A program made the translations under genes and the position numbers. Below, piece by piece: positions 1 to 9,273 of a stretch of 64,000 bases of DNA. Source of the stretch: Candidatus Anstonellaceae archaeon (lineage in GTDB: Archaea > Micrarchaeota > Micrarchaeia > Anstonellales > Anstonellaceae); NCBI GenBank assembly GCA_038887295.1, contig JAWAKW010000001.1:100795-164794 (forward strand), written 5' to 3'. Each line of letters begins with the position of its first letter. The stretch's first letter is position 1. The notes under the pieces were generated by a model. That model made no database searches and was not told the DNA's origin. It saw only the letters and a program-made list of their open reading frames with translations.

Positions 1-1
1 C

Positions 2-544
2 TCCCAGCAGCTTGCTGGTTTGGCAGCAGAAACCTCTGCCTTGGCAGCACTTTCTGCTTTTGAGCTTGAAATTGCGCTGACAGTGCGTAACTTTGCGCTT
101 GCTTTGTTTTTGCCTGCAGGGCTGCTGCTTCGCACCTTTTTTGCCACCCGGCGGCTTGGGGCAGCCATAATGGCAATTTCAGTTGCAGCCTACCTTATCT
201 ATCCCATCATTTTTCTTCACTCATTTCAGGTAAGTAAAACTTTGGAAGCAACCCAGCAGGCAATCAATGAGGCAGAAAGTTTCAGCAAATCCTTTGCCTC
301 TTTACCTCTGTTGGAGCTGGACCAGCCTGCAGCAGTGAAATCCAAAATAAGCCAAATGGCTCAAGGCGACTTCCCTGGCAAAGTCCAGGCACTGTTTCCG
401 ACAAGCGCCTATGCCATTTGGATGGCAAAAATAGACTTAATCTTTTACCCTCTACTTTCGCTTGTGGTTTGCGCAGTTGCTTCGCTTGAGCTTTACAGGC
501 TGTTTTCTGCGCAAGTCTTCTTTTCATTCATAGATTCCATTTGA
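2..544 (+). CDS. 5'-truncated membrane protein, paralog of the CedA/VirB6-like family at 54-64 kb
   Basis: Frame is open from position 2 (track start 20). Contains LFLPAGLLLRTFFATRRLGAAIMAISVAAYLIYP, matching the lP.g..lR.f..tR..G..l.a....y..yP motif of the six tandem paralogs. Confidence 0.7.
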   Translation, partial: SQQLAGLAAETSALAALSAFELEIALTVRNFALALFLPAGLLLRTFFATRRLGAAIMAISVAAYLIYPIIFLHSFQVSKTLEATQQAINEAESFSKSFASLPLLELDQPAAVKSKISQMAQGDFPGKVQALFPTSAYAIWMAKIDLIFYPLLSLVVCAVASLELYRLFSAQVFFSFIDSI

Positions 545-622
545 AGTTTTTTAAGTAACTTTAAGTTCCAGATAAAACACACTGCTTTTAATAAAGATGC
601 ATCACAAAGCCCTGCGATTTGT

Positions 623-1060
623 ATGGTGCAACTTCAACAGAACAAGTCTTCGGTGCAGCAGATCTTTCTTGCTGCGACAGTGTTTAGGGGAGGCTCATTT
701 GCGTCCTTTACATTTTTTTCCTCAGAAAAGCAAAGGCCGGGTGCTTGGCTCGTCAAAGAAGGACAGCTTTTCTACTCTGAGCCATTCCCAAGCGAGATTT
801 CAAAGTTCATCCCCAAGCCTTCCGGGATATACGAAATAGGCACAGCAACGTTTTTCATTGACAAGAACAACAAAGCGATTCTGCAGCATCTTACCCAAAA
901 CATTTTCTTCAGAGAAAACAAAGAATCTGCAATGAAAGCAGCGCTTCTTGAAGGGCTTATTCTGAAAGTGGCAAAAAGCTATCTTCAAAAATCCGGCATC
1001 TCATCATTTGCAGTAGCGTTTGACAAAGAATGTCCACTTCTGGAGCCGGCAATGGCATAA
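623..1060 (+). CDS. hypothetical protein (145 aa)
   Basis: Fills the gap between flanking genes; stop abuts the convergent gene stop at 1061; no motif recognised. Confidence 0.55.
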   Translation: MVQLQQNKSSVQQIFLAATVFRGGSFASFTFFSSEKQRPGAWLVKEGQLFYSEPFPSEISKFIPKPSGIYEIGTATFFIDKNNKAILQHLTQNIFFRENKESAMKAALLEGLILKVAKSYLQKSGISSFAVAFDKECPLLEPAMA

Positions 1061-1534
1061 TCAGAAGCTTTTTTCAATCAAAGAAAGCACTTTGCGTATT
1101 TTCTCAAACGAAGCCTCAAACCTTTGTCGATAGACATACGCAAGCCCTTCAGCAAGGTCATCGTTTTCCTGCATTGGAGAAAGCACAAACCGATACCTTC
1201 TTTTTTTCTGCTCAATTATGCCGAGCTTTTTGAGCTGGAGAAGATGGTAGTGCACCGCCTTCGGATTTGGGCTGCTCTTTTTTATCTGCGCTATCTTTTC
1301 AATTATTTGGTGGATATCAGGATCATTGTGGGTTTCCCTTTTTTGATAATGGAAAAAAAGCAAGGCTTCCAACACCTCTAGCAATCCTGTTCTGGATTCA
1401 TTTGGGTAAATTAGTCCAAGCGAGAGCGCAAGGTATCTTATAAGCCCCTTTCGCGTAAGCTTGACTTCCTCAGAAAGCTGCAAATCCCTTACAAGGCATT
1501 CCCCTCTAATCAGCCTTGATTCCGGCATTTCCAT
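1061..1534 (-). CDS. predicted winged-HTH transcriptional regulator
   Basis: C-terminal PKAVHYHLLQLKKLGIIEQKKRRYRF resembles a wHTH recognition helix plus wing; archaeal-type N-terminus. Confidence 0.65.
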   Translation of the reverse strand: MEMPESRLIRGECLVRDLQLSEEVKLTRKGLIRYLALSLGLIYPNESRTGLLEVLEALLFFHYQKRETHNDPDIHQIIEKIAQIKKSSPNPKAVHYHLLQLKKLGIIEQKKRRYRFVLSPMQENDDLAEGLAYVYRQRFEASFEKIRKVLSLIEKSF

Positions 1535-1584
1535 GCTTTGCTGTAGGCACCAAAAGTTAAAAACTCCAACGCAAATATCAGCTT

Positions 1585-1947
1585 ATGCTCAACCCTACCA
1601 CTCATTTTTACCCGATAAGGCTTGTTGCTTATGTGCGCAATGAAGTTGAAATGGAAGTGAGCGTGCACAATTCCGGCTCCGAGCCAAGATGGATAGAGTG
1701 TGATGTAGCAGTCCCAGAAGCCATCTCGCTTGCCCCCGACAGACAGCTTTCAAAAGGCAGAATGCGCGTAGGGATAGCTCTTCCTGGGGGGAAAGCAAGC
1801 AAAAAAGTCAAAATCTACGGCGGAGCAGGCTCTTACCCTGATACTTACACAATCAGGCTTACCATCTTTGGGTTCGGAGCAGACGGTGCAATAGCAGAAA
1901 GGTACGACCTTAAAGCAGAGCTCCGCTGCGAAAGGGTGGGACATTAA
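1585..1947 (+). CDS. hypothetical beta-sandwich (Ig-like) protein
   Basis: Alternating beta-strand pattern; 120 aa; overlaps the tmk stop by 4 nt. Confidence 0.6.
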   Translation: MLNPTTHFYPIRLVAYVRNEVEMEVSVHNSGSEPRWIECDVAVPEAISLAPDRQLSKGRMRVGIALPGGKASKKVKIYGGAGSYPDTYTIRLTIFGFGADGAIAERYDLKAELRCERVGH

Positions 1948-2561
1948 GACTTCATTCTTGTGATTATTGGCTCCAGGTGCGCAAGCACGCTTGCAAACAC
2001 CTCATCCTTCGGCTTGCTTGCATCCAAAACTGCAAAGCAGTATGAAAGAAAGCCATCCTGTACCATTCTCATGTAATTTTTCCTAACCAAAGAAAGAAAC
2101 TTCACATCATTTTCGTGCCTGTCCAATGCCTTTTGAACCACTTTCCTACTCCTGCCAACTGCAGGGTCAATATCCAAAATAAAAACCAAATCCGGTGTCT
2201 GCGCACTCAAACCCAAAATTTTCTCCTTCAGCCTCAAATAACCCATGCCCACCCCTTGGTATGCAAGGGTGGAGTGCAAATACCTGTCGCAAATCACCAC
2301 AAATCCAGCTTTAAGCTCCTTTTTGATTTTCCCTTGGCCGCCCATTATGTCATGGATGAAAATATCTGCAAGCTGGTCTGAAGGGATATCTGCCTTGCGC
2401 CTCAGGTGCAAAAATGCCTGCTTTGCCTTTTTGGTAGGGTATTTGTGGATTCTATATCTTATTTTCTTCTGCCTTAAATAAGAGGCAAGCAGCCGGATTT
2501 GCTCGCCTTTCCCCGAGCCATCAATCCCTTCAAAAGCCAAAAGCATGCCATTTTGTTGCAC
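1944..2561 (-). CDS. tmk: thymidylate (dTMP) kinase
   Basis: FEGIDGSGK P-loop, ICDRYLHS motif, TPDLVFILD; true start may be the Met of MLLAFEG. Confidence 0.9.
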   Translation of the reverse strand: MQQNGMLLAFEGIDGSGKGEQIRLLASYLRQKKIRYRIHKYPTKKAKQAFLHLRRKADIPSDQLADIFIHDIMGGQGKIKKELKAGFVVICDRYLHSTLAYQGVGMGYLRLKEKILGLSAQTPDLVFILDIDPAVGRSRKVVQKALDRHENDVKFLSLVRKNYMRMVQDGFLSYCFAVLDASKPKDEVFASVLAHLEPIITRMKS

Positions 2562-2594
2562 TGTAATTTTAAAGTGCTTCCCCTATTTTTTTGC

Positions 2595-3533
2595 ATGGCA
2601 GCTGTCTTGCTGGTTGGTGCCTCAGGCAGACTGGGCCGTGCCATTTCAAAAGAGCTTGCCAAGCAAGGCTACAAAGTAAGACAGGTGGTGCGAAAATACA
2701 AATCAAGCACAGATGTGATTGTTTGCGACCTTTCAAAATCGCAGCTGCCGCCATCTGCATTCTCTGGCATTGATTTTGTAGTTTTTGCAGCAGGTCTGAC
2801 AGGAAGCCACCCATATGAAAAATTGCGGCAAGCAAACGTGCTTACGATAAAAAACCTGCTTTCTTCATGCCCGCCATCAATCAAAAAGGTGGTGGTTGCA
2901 AGCTCAATTTCCGTATATGGGATGCATGAGGGAAAGCTCATCGACGAATCATTTCCACTTTTGCCAATGACGGACTATGGCAAAAGCAAGCTGGAAGGGG
3001 AACAGGTGGCAAGAGAATTTTGCCAAAAATTGCCAATAGTCTTCCTTAGGATTGGCATGATTTACGGCCCGGGCTTTGAGGAAGGGTATTTCAAAGTGCT
3101 GGAACTCCTTTCCAAAGGCAAGATGCCCCTTGTTGGGAGCGCAAACAACCGCATTCCGCTGGTGCACATTTCAGATGTAGTTTCTGCTTTTCTTTGCGCC
3201 ATAAAAAGCAAGACACCGCGCTGCGCAACATACAATATAGTTGGCAAAGAGCAGCTTACACAAAAAGAGCTTTTGTGCATGGCTTCAAGCAAGCTTGGCG
3301 CACCCCAACCGCAAATCCATATTCCAGTGTTTTTGCTTTCTTTGCTGGTGCGCGTCTGGGGCCTTGTGGGCAGACCCCCTTTTGACGTGGAAAACATCCA
3401 CCAGCTTTCCTCTGACCGGGCGTTTTCAACTGCCAAAGCAAAACAAGAGCTCGGCTGGCAGCCAAAGGTAAGCATAAAGCAAGGGCTTCCCCAAATGATA
3501 AAAATATATAAATTGAAGGCACAAGGCAAATAG
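2595..3533 (+). CDS. NAD-dependent epimerase/dehydratase (extended SDR)
   Basis: VGASGRLG Rossmann motif, ASSISVYG, YGKSK catalytic YxxxK; start moved from 2499 to ATG 2595. Confidence 0.9.
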   Translation: MAAVLLVGASGRLGRAISKELAKQGYKVRQVVRKYKSSTDVIVCDLSKSQLPPSAFSGIDFVVFAAGLTGSHPYEKLRQANVLTIKNLLSSCPPSIKKVVVASSISVYGMHEGKLIDESFPLLPMTDYGKSKLEGEQVAREFCQKLPIVFLRIGMIYGPGFEEGYFKVLELLSKGKMPLVGSANNRIPLVHISDVVSAFLCAIKSKTPRCATYNIVGKEQLTQKELLCMASSKLGAPQPQIHIPVFLLSLLVRVWGLVGRPPFDVENIHQLSSDRAFSTAKAKQELGWQPKVSIKQGLPQMIKIYKLKAQGK

Positions 3534-3542
3534 CGTGGTTTT

Positions 3543-4310
3543 GTGGAAGGAAAAGTTGAGCGATACATTAAAGATGAGCTTGCCCGCAAAGGAGGCTTGC
3601 TTTTCGCCTTGATTGACCCCGTGGATTACAAATCCAGCCAATTGGCAGCGCAGGCAGGAATCAGCGCAGCGGAAGCCGGCGCAGATGTGGTGTTGGTAGG
3701 GGGGAGCATAGGTGCTCAAGGAGAACTTTTGGACAGCGTCTGCAAAATGATAAAGGAAAAATCCTCGGTGCCAGTGGTGCTTTTTCCAGGAAATATCGCA
3801 ACTGTAAGCAAATACGCAGACGCGCTTTATTTCATGTCGCTTCTCAACAGTCGCAATCCGTATTGGATAAGCCAAGCCCAAATGCTTGCTGCCCCTATTA
3901 TCAAAAGAATGGGGCTGGAAGCCCTTCCTGTCGGCTACATTGTGGTTGAGCCAGGGGGGACAGTGGGGTTTGTGGGGGACGCTAACCTTGTCCCGCGCGA
4001 CAGGCCGCAAATTGCCGCAGCGCTGGCACTTTCTGCGCAGCTTCTTGGGCACCGCTTCGTGCTCACAGACAGCGGAAGCAATCCAAGGACAGGGCCGGTC
4101 CCCTTGGAGCTGGTCCGCGCTGTTTCAAGCCAAATTTCCATTCCTTACATTGTGGGTGGAGGTATAAAAACTCCAAAAGAGGCAGCTTCAATAATTTCTG
4201 CCGGCGCTGATGCAGTGCAGGTTGGCACTGCAATTGAGCAAGGAAGCGCAAAGGATAAGGTCAAGAAGCTTGCAGAGGCAGTGCACCAAGCAGGAAAAAA
4301 GAAACTGTAA
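3543..4310 (+). CDS. geranylgeranylglyceryl phosphate (GGGP) synthase, group II type
   Basis: LIDP, VGGS, VVLFPGN, MSLLNSRNPYWI and GGGI..P motifs of the GGGPS/PcrB family. Confidence 0.9.
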   Translation: MEGKVERYIKDELARKGGLLFALIDPVDYKSSQLAAQAGISAAEAGADVVLVGGSIGAQGELLDSVCKMIKEKSSVPVVLFPGNIATVSKYADALYFMSLLNSRNPYWISQAQMLAAPIIKRMGLEALPVGYIVVEPGGTVGFVGDANLVPRDRPQIAAALALSAQLLGHRFVLTDSGSNPRTGPVPLELVRAVSSQISIPYIVGGGIKTPKEAASIISAGADAVQVGTAIEQGSAKDKVKKLAEAVHQAGKKKL

Positions 4311-4338
4311 TCATCTTCTTGGTGATTTTATCAAAGAG

Positions 4339-4944
4339 GTGAAATTCGGCAGCCTGCAGCTTTCAATTTTCCCAACAGTTTATGAGCCAGCAGAAGATTC
4401 TTTTTTGCTTGCAAACTACGCATCCGTGCTTGCTGGGGGAATAAGAATATTGGATATGGGGTGCGGCTGCGGAATTGCTGCTCTTGCTTCAGCAAAGGCA
4501 GACTCTGCCAACAGGGTGCTGGGGGCAGACATAAACCCAGCGGCAGTTGCTTGCTCCAGCTTCAATGCCCGGGCAAACAAAATCACAAACTGCTCCTTTA
4601 TCCAATCCAACCTTTTTTCAAAGATACCAAAAATGCGCTTTGACGCCATACTTTTCAACCCGCCTTACCTTCCACTTCAGCCCAAGGAAAGGATGCGTGG
4701 GATAGAAAACAAAGCATATGACGGCGGCAAATCCGGCACAGAGGTCATTTTGAAATTCTGCAGCCAAGCAAGCAGATACCTGGAAGAAGGCGGGCATGTT
4801 GCAATAGTTGCAAGCTCCCTTGCAGATGGAATAGAGGTTTCCTCAAAAGCACTCCGCCAGCAATTTGGCAATTCAAGGCTGATTGCCCAAGAGAGTTTCT
4901 TTTTTGAGAAGATTGCACTGATTGAGGCGGTGAAATATGGCTGA
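4339..4944 (+). CDS. hemK: HemK2/MTQ2-like release-factor glutamine methyltransferase
   Basis: VYEPAEDSFLL, LDMGCGCG SAM motif, FNPPYLP; start moved to GTG 4339. Confidence 0.85.
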   Translation: MKFGSLQLSIFPTVYEPAEDSFLLANYASVLAGGIRILDMGCGCGIAALASAKADSANRVLGADINPAAVACSSFNARANKITNCSFIQSNLFSKIPKMRFDAILFNPPYLPLQPKERMRGIENKAYDGGKSGTEVILKFCSQASRYLEEGGHVAIVASSLADGIEVSSKALRQQFGNSRLIAQESFFFEKIALIEAVKYG

Positions 4945-5641
4945 AAAGTTCAGAGTGGTATTGGTTGAGCCAGAATACCAAATCAATGTCGGCGCAGTGG
5001 CACGTGTGATGAAGAACTTTGGCTATTCTGAGCTGTTTTTGGTCAACCCAAAATGCGACTATCTTGGGATAGATGCAATCAAACACTCCAAGCATGCACT
5101 TGAAATACTGGAGAAGGCCCAAGTGAAAAGCTCTCTTGAAGAGGCGGTTTTGGGCTGCAGCACTGTTGCGGGCACCACTGGGGTGCTTTACCGACATTGG
5201 CACAAAACGCTTCGCCTTCCACTTTCTCTTTTGGAATTCAAAAAGCTCCTCTCCCAAAGCCCTGACCAGAAAGTTGCGCTGGTTTTTGGCAACGAAGGCA
5301 GAGGGCTTTCAGAAAAAGACATCTCTTTTTGCGACATGCTGGTCACAATCCCTGCAAACCCACAATACCCAATACTCAACCTCTCTCATGCAGTTGCAGT
5401 GGTGCTTTATGAGCTTTCAGACATTCCATTTGTAGGCTATTCTCCGGCAGGAGAAAAGGAAAAGAAGCAGCTTTTAGAAGCCTTCTTTTCCCTAGTTGAG
5501 CGCTACAAAAGCAGCTTGAGAAACATAAACAAAACAAAAGTGGCCTTCCGCAGGATGGTCGGAAAGGCCATGCTTGCCGACAAGGAATGCGCAGCAATCC
5601 TGGGGGTAATAAAAAGGGCGCTACGCGAGCTTGAAAAATAG
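4937..5641 (+). CDS. trmJ: tRNA (C32/U32) 2'-O-methyltransferase, TrmJ/TrmH SPOUT family
   Basis: VVLVEP..QINVGAVARVMKNFG, VFGNEGRGLS, LNLSHAV motifs. Confidence 0.88.
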   Translation: MAEKFRVVLVEPEYQINVGAVARVMKNFGYSELFLVNPKCDYLGIDAIKHSKHALEILEKAQVKSSLEEAVLGCSTVAGTTGVLYRHWHKTLRLPLSLLEFKKLLSQSPDQKVALVFGNEGRGLSEKDISFCDMLVTIPANPQYPILNLSHAVAVVLYELSDIPFVGYSPAGEKEKKQLLEAFFSLVERYKSSLRNINKTKVAFRRMVGKAMLADKECAAILGVIKRALRELEK

Positions 5642-6007
5642 CTACTTTTTCTTGCTTTTTACTATCTTAACTTTGGATGGCGTAAGCAATATCTTGTCAT
5701 TGTCTATGCGAGCAATGTCTCCGTTTATTTTGGTTATGTGCATCTTTATGTTGTCAATTATCTGGCGCAGCTTGTTTGGCTGTTTGCTCATCGGGCTGAC
5801 GTTCAGAAGGATGATGTTTTTAGCTTTCAGTTCCTCCATGATTACATTCACATCATCTTCCTTTTCAAGAGCAAGCGGCTTCACATAAAAATCAGCAGCC
5901 TCGTGAAGAACATCTACATTCTCCATCTCAACTGCATTCATGTACTCCTCAAGGTTTATTTCCCTGCTGAGGCCAATGCTTTTGGTTATCTTTTCGAGTA
6001 TGCCCAT
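5642..6007 (-). CDS. sepF: cell division protein SepF
   Basis: ELKAKNIILLNV and NGDIARI..DKILLTP SepF core. Confidence 0.85.
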   Translation of the reverse strand: MGILEKITKSIGLSREINLEEYMNAVEMENVDVLHEAADFYVKPLALEKEDDVNVIMEELKAKNIILLNVSPMSKQPNKLRQIIDNIKMHITKINGDIARIDNDKILLTPSKVKIVKSKKK

Positions 6008-6101
6008 CCTCTCACCTCAATAATTGCAACATCGCTGTTTATTCGAAGTATAGTTTAATAAGGCTTATTCTTCCCATCAAAATCCCTGCAAGAGTGAGGC
6101 T

Positions 6102-7322
6102 ATGTCGCAATCCTTCTCTGAAATACTATCCAAGCCTACTGTATTTGCAGACCGCAATGTGCTCTCATCTCACTATGTGCCAGAAACCCTACCTTTTCGC
6201 GAGGCTGAAATACTCAAAATCATGGAAGGACTTTCCCCTGCATTGGCAAATCAAAGGCCAAGGAACATGTTCCTTTATGGTAAAACCGGGACGGGCAAGA
6301 CCGCATCAGTCAAGCATGTGATTGCAAAGTTTGAGGCATACAACCAAAATCAGGTGGCTGCAAAAGCAGTGTATATCAACTGCAGGATGTACAACTCGCG
6401 CTACCGCGTGGTGCAGAAAATAACCAAGGAGCTCTTGCCTCAAGTGGATTCCATGGGCTTTGGGCTTGCTTTGCTTTATGAAAAGATGAAGGAAGAGATA
6501 AACCAAAGGAAGCTTCATTTGGTGGTGGTGCTAGATGAGGTGGATATGGTAAAGGATTTGGACGATCTGCTTTACACCCTCACGCGCACCAATGATGAGC
6601 TTTCAGCAGGAAGCGTCTCTATTATAGGCATTTCAAACAAGCTGTCTTTCAAAGACCAATTAGATCCGCGCTCTCGAAGCTCACTTTGCGAAAACGAGTT
6701 TGTCTTCCCTGCTTATACTGCTCCACAGCTTCAAGCCATATTGTCTCAGCGGGCAAAGCTTGGGTTCAAGCCAGGGGCAGTCGAAGAGTCCGCCATCAAC
6801 CTTATCGCGGCAATAACAGCTCAAGAATCTGGGGATGCCAGATACGCTTTGAGACTTCTTATAAAATCAGGTGAGATTGCAGATGAGAAAGGAGTAAGCA
6901 AAATTTCAGACAAAGAGGTGGAAGAAGCCCGCCGCTCAGTGGACAGGGATGTGGCATTTGATGCAATTTGCACCCTTCCTGACCACCAGCAGCTGGTGCT
7001 GCTTGCAATTGCCAACCTCTCCTTGGACAAAAGCAAAAACACACGGCTTTCAGATTCAGCTTCAGACGACGATTTCTTTTTGACTTCCGGGGAAGTGTAT
7101 GAAGAATATTGCAGAGTTGCAAAAAAATACCGCAAGCCCCGCCGCTCCACCCGGTGGCACCGCGAGTATCTAAATGACCTTGAAATGCTGGGCCTGATTA
7201 CCACTTTGGAGTCTGGCGCTGGGATGCGCGGCAGGACGCGGCTGATTCGCATAGGTTATCCTCCTGCTGACATCAAAAAAATCATAGAAAAGAATTTCAC
7301 AATCATCGAATCTGGTGGATAA
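6102..7322 (+). CDS. cdc6: Orc1/Cdc6 replication initiator
   Basis: LPFRE, Walker A GKTGTGKT, YINC, Walker B VVLDEVD, GDARYAL, C-terminal wHTH (LEMLGLI). Confidence 0.95.
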   Translation: MSQSFSEILSKPTVFADRNVLSSHYVPETLPFREAEILKIMEGLSPALANQRPRNMFLYGKTGTGKTASVKHVIAKFEAYNQNQVAAKAVYINCRMYNSRYRVVQKITKELLPQVDSMGFGLALLYEKMKEEINQRKLHLVVVLDEVDMVKDLDDLLYTLTRTNDELSAGSVSIIGISNKLSFKDQLDPRSRSSLCENEFVFPAYTAPQLQAILSQRAKLGFKPGAVEESAINLIAAITAQESGDARYALRLLIKSGEIADEKGVSKISDKEVEEARRSVDRDVAFDAICTLPDHQQLVLLAIANLSLDKSKNTRLSDSASDDDFFLTSGEVYEEYCRVAKKYRKPRRSTRWHREYLNDLEMLGLITTLESGAGMRGRTRLIRIGYPPADIKKIIEKNFTIIESGG

Positions 7323-7845
7323 GATGATGCCTTCTGCAAAGCAAACCGCATGCATGATATTTGAATCTTTCCGCCTTAAGCGGCTGCCGCGGACAGGCTG
7401 GCTGGACTTCCATTTAGAAGCAGAATCTGTCGCAGACCATTCCTTTGGCACAGCCCTGATAGCGCTAGTGCTCTGCCGCATGGAAAATCTGAGCAAAGAA
7501 GAGGAGGCAGCTTTGCTTAAGCTTGCAATCCTTCATGATTTGCCAGAGGCAAAGACGGGCGACCTGTCTTGGCTTCAAAAGGAGTTTGTCAGCGCAGATG
7601 TGAAAAAGGCAAGCAAATCCCTCCTTTCAGGCACCTTCCTTGAAAGTGAGATAAGCGCTCCTTGTGAAGAAAAGTTGCTTCAGCTTTGCACAGATGCAGA
7701 CAGACTAGACATGTTGTTTCAGGCGCTAATCTATAAGAAATCTGGAGCAAAAACAGACGCGTTCATCCAAAGTGCGCTTTCGCAGATAAAGTCAAAAAGC
7801 GCAAGAAAGCTTGCAGCAGAAGCAATCAAGCTTACTCATCCATAA
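7315..7845 (+). CDS. HD-domain hydrolase (YfbR-like 5'-deoxynucleotidase)
   Basis: LKRLPRTGW, ESVADHSF, ILHDLPEA.TGD, DADRLD motifs. Confidence 0.85.
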   Translation: MDKMMPSAKQTACMIFESFRLKRLPRTGWLDFHLEAESVADHSFGTALIALVLCRMENLSKEEEAALLKLAILHDLPEAKTGDLSWLQKEFVSADVKKASKSLLSGTFLESEISAPCEEKLLQLCTDADRLDMLFQALIYKKSGAKTDAFIQSALSQIKSKSARKLAAEAIKLTHP

Positions 7846-8119
7846 GCTCAAGCGCCTTTTTTACAGACATCCCTTCCCTTATCCCCAAGTCATCTGCCCA
7901 GCTAGTGAAATACTTTATTTTTGCCTTGAAAAACTCGTCAAAATTCTTCACTCCTGTTACAAAAGCAGCAATATCTCCGTATTTTTCTGCGGCCTCTTTT
8001 GAAATATAGCCGCAGGCAACATATCCTCTTTTTGCCTTGACAATAAGCAAAGGCACATTCCCAAGCGGAAAGCTCAATCCAATGTATTCCCTCCCTTCAA
8101 AAGTAAGCTTCTCCTCCAT
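7832..8119 (-). CDS. YunC/DUF1805 family protein
   Basis: PLLIVKAKRGYVACGY...AAFVTGV...LGIREGMS pattern; start moved from 8209 to MEEK at 8119. Confidence 0.75.
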   Translation of the reverse strand: MEEKLTFEGREYIGLSFPLGNVPLLIVKAKRGYVACGYISKEAAEKYGDIAAFVTGVKNFDEFFKAKIKYFTSWADDLGIREGMSVKKALELMDE

Positions 8120-8141
8120 AGCTTCGCCTCCAGCAAAGCCT

Positions 8142-8435
8142 TTACCATCTTGGACCAGAATTCCATCTTTCAGTAGGCGGCCTGAAATTGCCTTCCCTGC
8201 TTGCCGCATGCCGTGCAGCCTTGCTTTTCAGCTTTTCAAATATCCTTCTGTGCTTGCCACATGAGATGCAATAATAGTTTTCAATGAAGCTTGTGGTTTT
8301 GACGTCATCACCAGTCTTAAGTTCTGTGGAAAATACGGTCACTCTCCCAAATTTTACTGCCTTATCCTTTGGCATAGTCCTTCCGCAAGCTGCGCATGTG
8401 ACTAGCCTTTCCCTTCCTCTTTTTTTGCTTGCCAT
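8142..8435 (-). CDS. rps26e: 30S ribosomal protein S26e
   Basis: VTCAACGRTMPKDKAVK and YYCISCGKHRRI zinc-binding motifs. Confidence 0.88.
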   Translation of the reverse strand: MASKKRGRERLVTCAACGRTMPKDKAVKFGRVTVFSTELKTGDDVKTTSFIENYYCISCGKHRRIFEKLKSKAARHAASREGNFRPPTERWNSGPRW

Positions 8436-8439
8436 ATTC

Positions 8440-8625
8440 TCACTTCTCTCTAATCTTTATAGCATAGCGCCCCACTACCTTGGCGCCAAGCTTTTGTGCA
8501 ATAGTTGATTTTTCTGGGTCAAGCACGATAAGTTGCCCAGAAAATTTTTCAGTGAGGTCACTGCTTTGGCAAACTGGACATGAATTGCCTTCAACAAGAA
8601 GCTTACATTTTTTGCAGGCCTTCAT
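8440..8625 (-). CDS. spt4: transcription elongation factor Spt4 (RpoE'')
   Basis: KACKKCK...CPVCQS Zn ribbon, LDPEKS.IA; immediately downstream of rpoE'; start at MKAC (8625). Confidence 0.92.
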   Translation of the reverse strand: MKACKKCKLLVEGNSCPVCQSSDLTEKFSGQLIVLDPEKSTIAQKLGAKVVGRYAIKIREK

Positions 8626-9197
8626 TTCTTCTTCTCCTCCTTTTTCTCTTCCTTTTTGGCAGCTGCTGCAGCCAGCCACTCATCCTTGCCTAACCCTTCC
8701 GGCCTCATAGTGAGCCCTATTTTGCTTTCTGGTATGCTCCCTTTTAGGCTTACTGTGGAAATCTTGGCAAATACTCTGTCGCCTTTTTTCAGCGTTTTTT
8801 TGCTTTCCTTTCCGGTAAATGACATGGTCTTCTTGTTGTAATTTAGGAAATCATTTGCAATTTGTGAAAGGTGGACCAGCCCTTCCATAGGCCCCAAAGA
8901 AAGAAAAACTCCAAACTCCACCACTTCAGAAACCTCAGACTCAACTATCTCATTTATCTGGGGAAGATAAGTCAAGACTTCAAATTCAACCTCGTAATAT
9001 GCCGCAGTGTCGCCAGGAACCACCAACCCATCCCCAAGCGCCTTAGCATTCCACACCGCAAGTATGACTCCCGCGTCTTTGTCTATCCTCCTTTCGTACT
9101 GCTCCCGCAATATCTGCGTGAGGGCCTCCTCCAGCTTCATTGAGAAGAACTGGGGCGGAAGGCGGACCTTATCTCTGCACTTTAGAACATAATACAT
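8622..9197 (-). CDS. rpoE1: RNA polymerase subunit E' (Rpo7)
   Basis: VRLPP, GDGLVVPGD, S1 domain FGVFLSLGPMEGLVHLSQI, KIGLTMRPEGLGK. Confidence 0.95.
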   Translation of the reverse strand: MYYVLKCRDKVRLPPQFFSMKLEEALTQILREQYERRIDKDAGVILAVWNAKALGDGLVVPGDTAAYYEVEFEVLTYLPQINEIVESEVSEVVEFGVFLSLGPMEGLVHLSQIANDFLNYNKKTMSFTGKESKKTLKKGDRVFAKISTVSLKGSIPESKIGLTMRPEGLGKDEWLAAAAAKKEEKKEEKKK

Positions 9198-9273
9198 AAT
9201 GCCACCTATAGCTTGCGCAACAGAATGACTGGCTTAAAGTGCCCCTATTTTCTCAAACAAGGTTTAAAATAGC

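Noticed and set aside
3062-4052. Long antisense ORFs (3062-3589, 3426-4052) and similar shadows such as 15620-16399, 10758-11558 and 32429-33004
   Set aside because: They lie opposite well-supported genes and have no recognisable motifs.
6008-6101. Replication origin next to cdc6
   Set aside because: Only 94 bp long and no ORB-like CCAGTGGAAA or G-string repeats.
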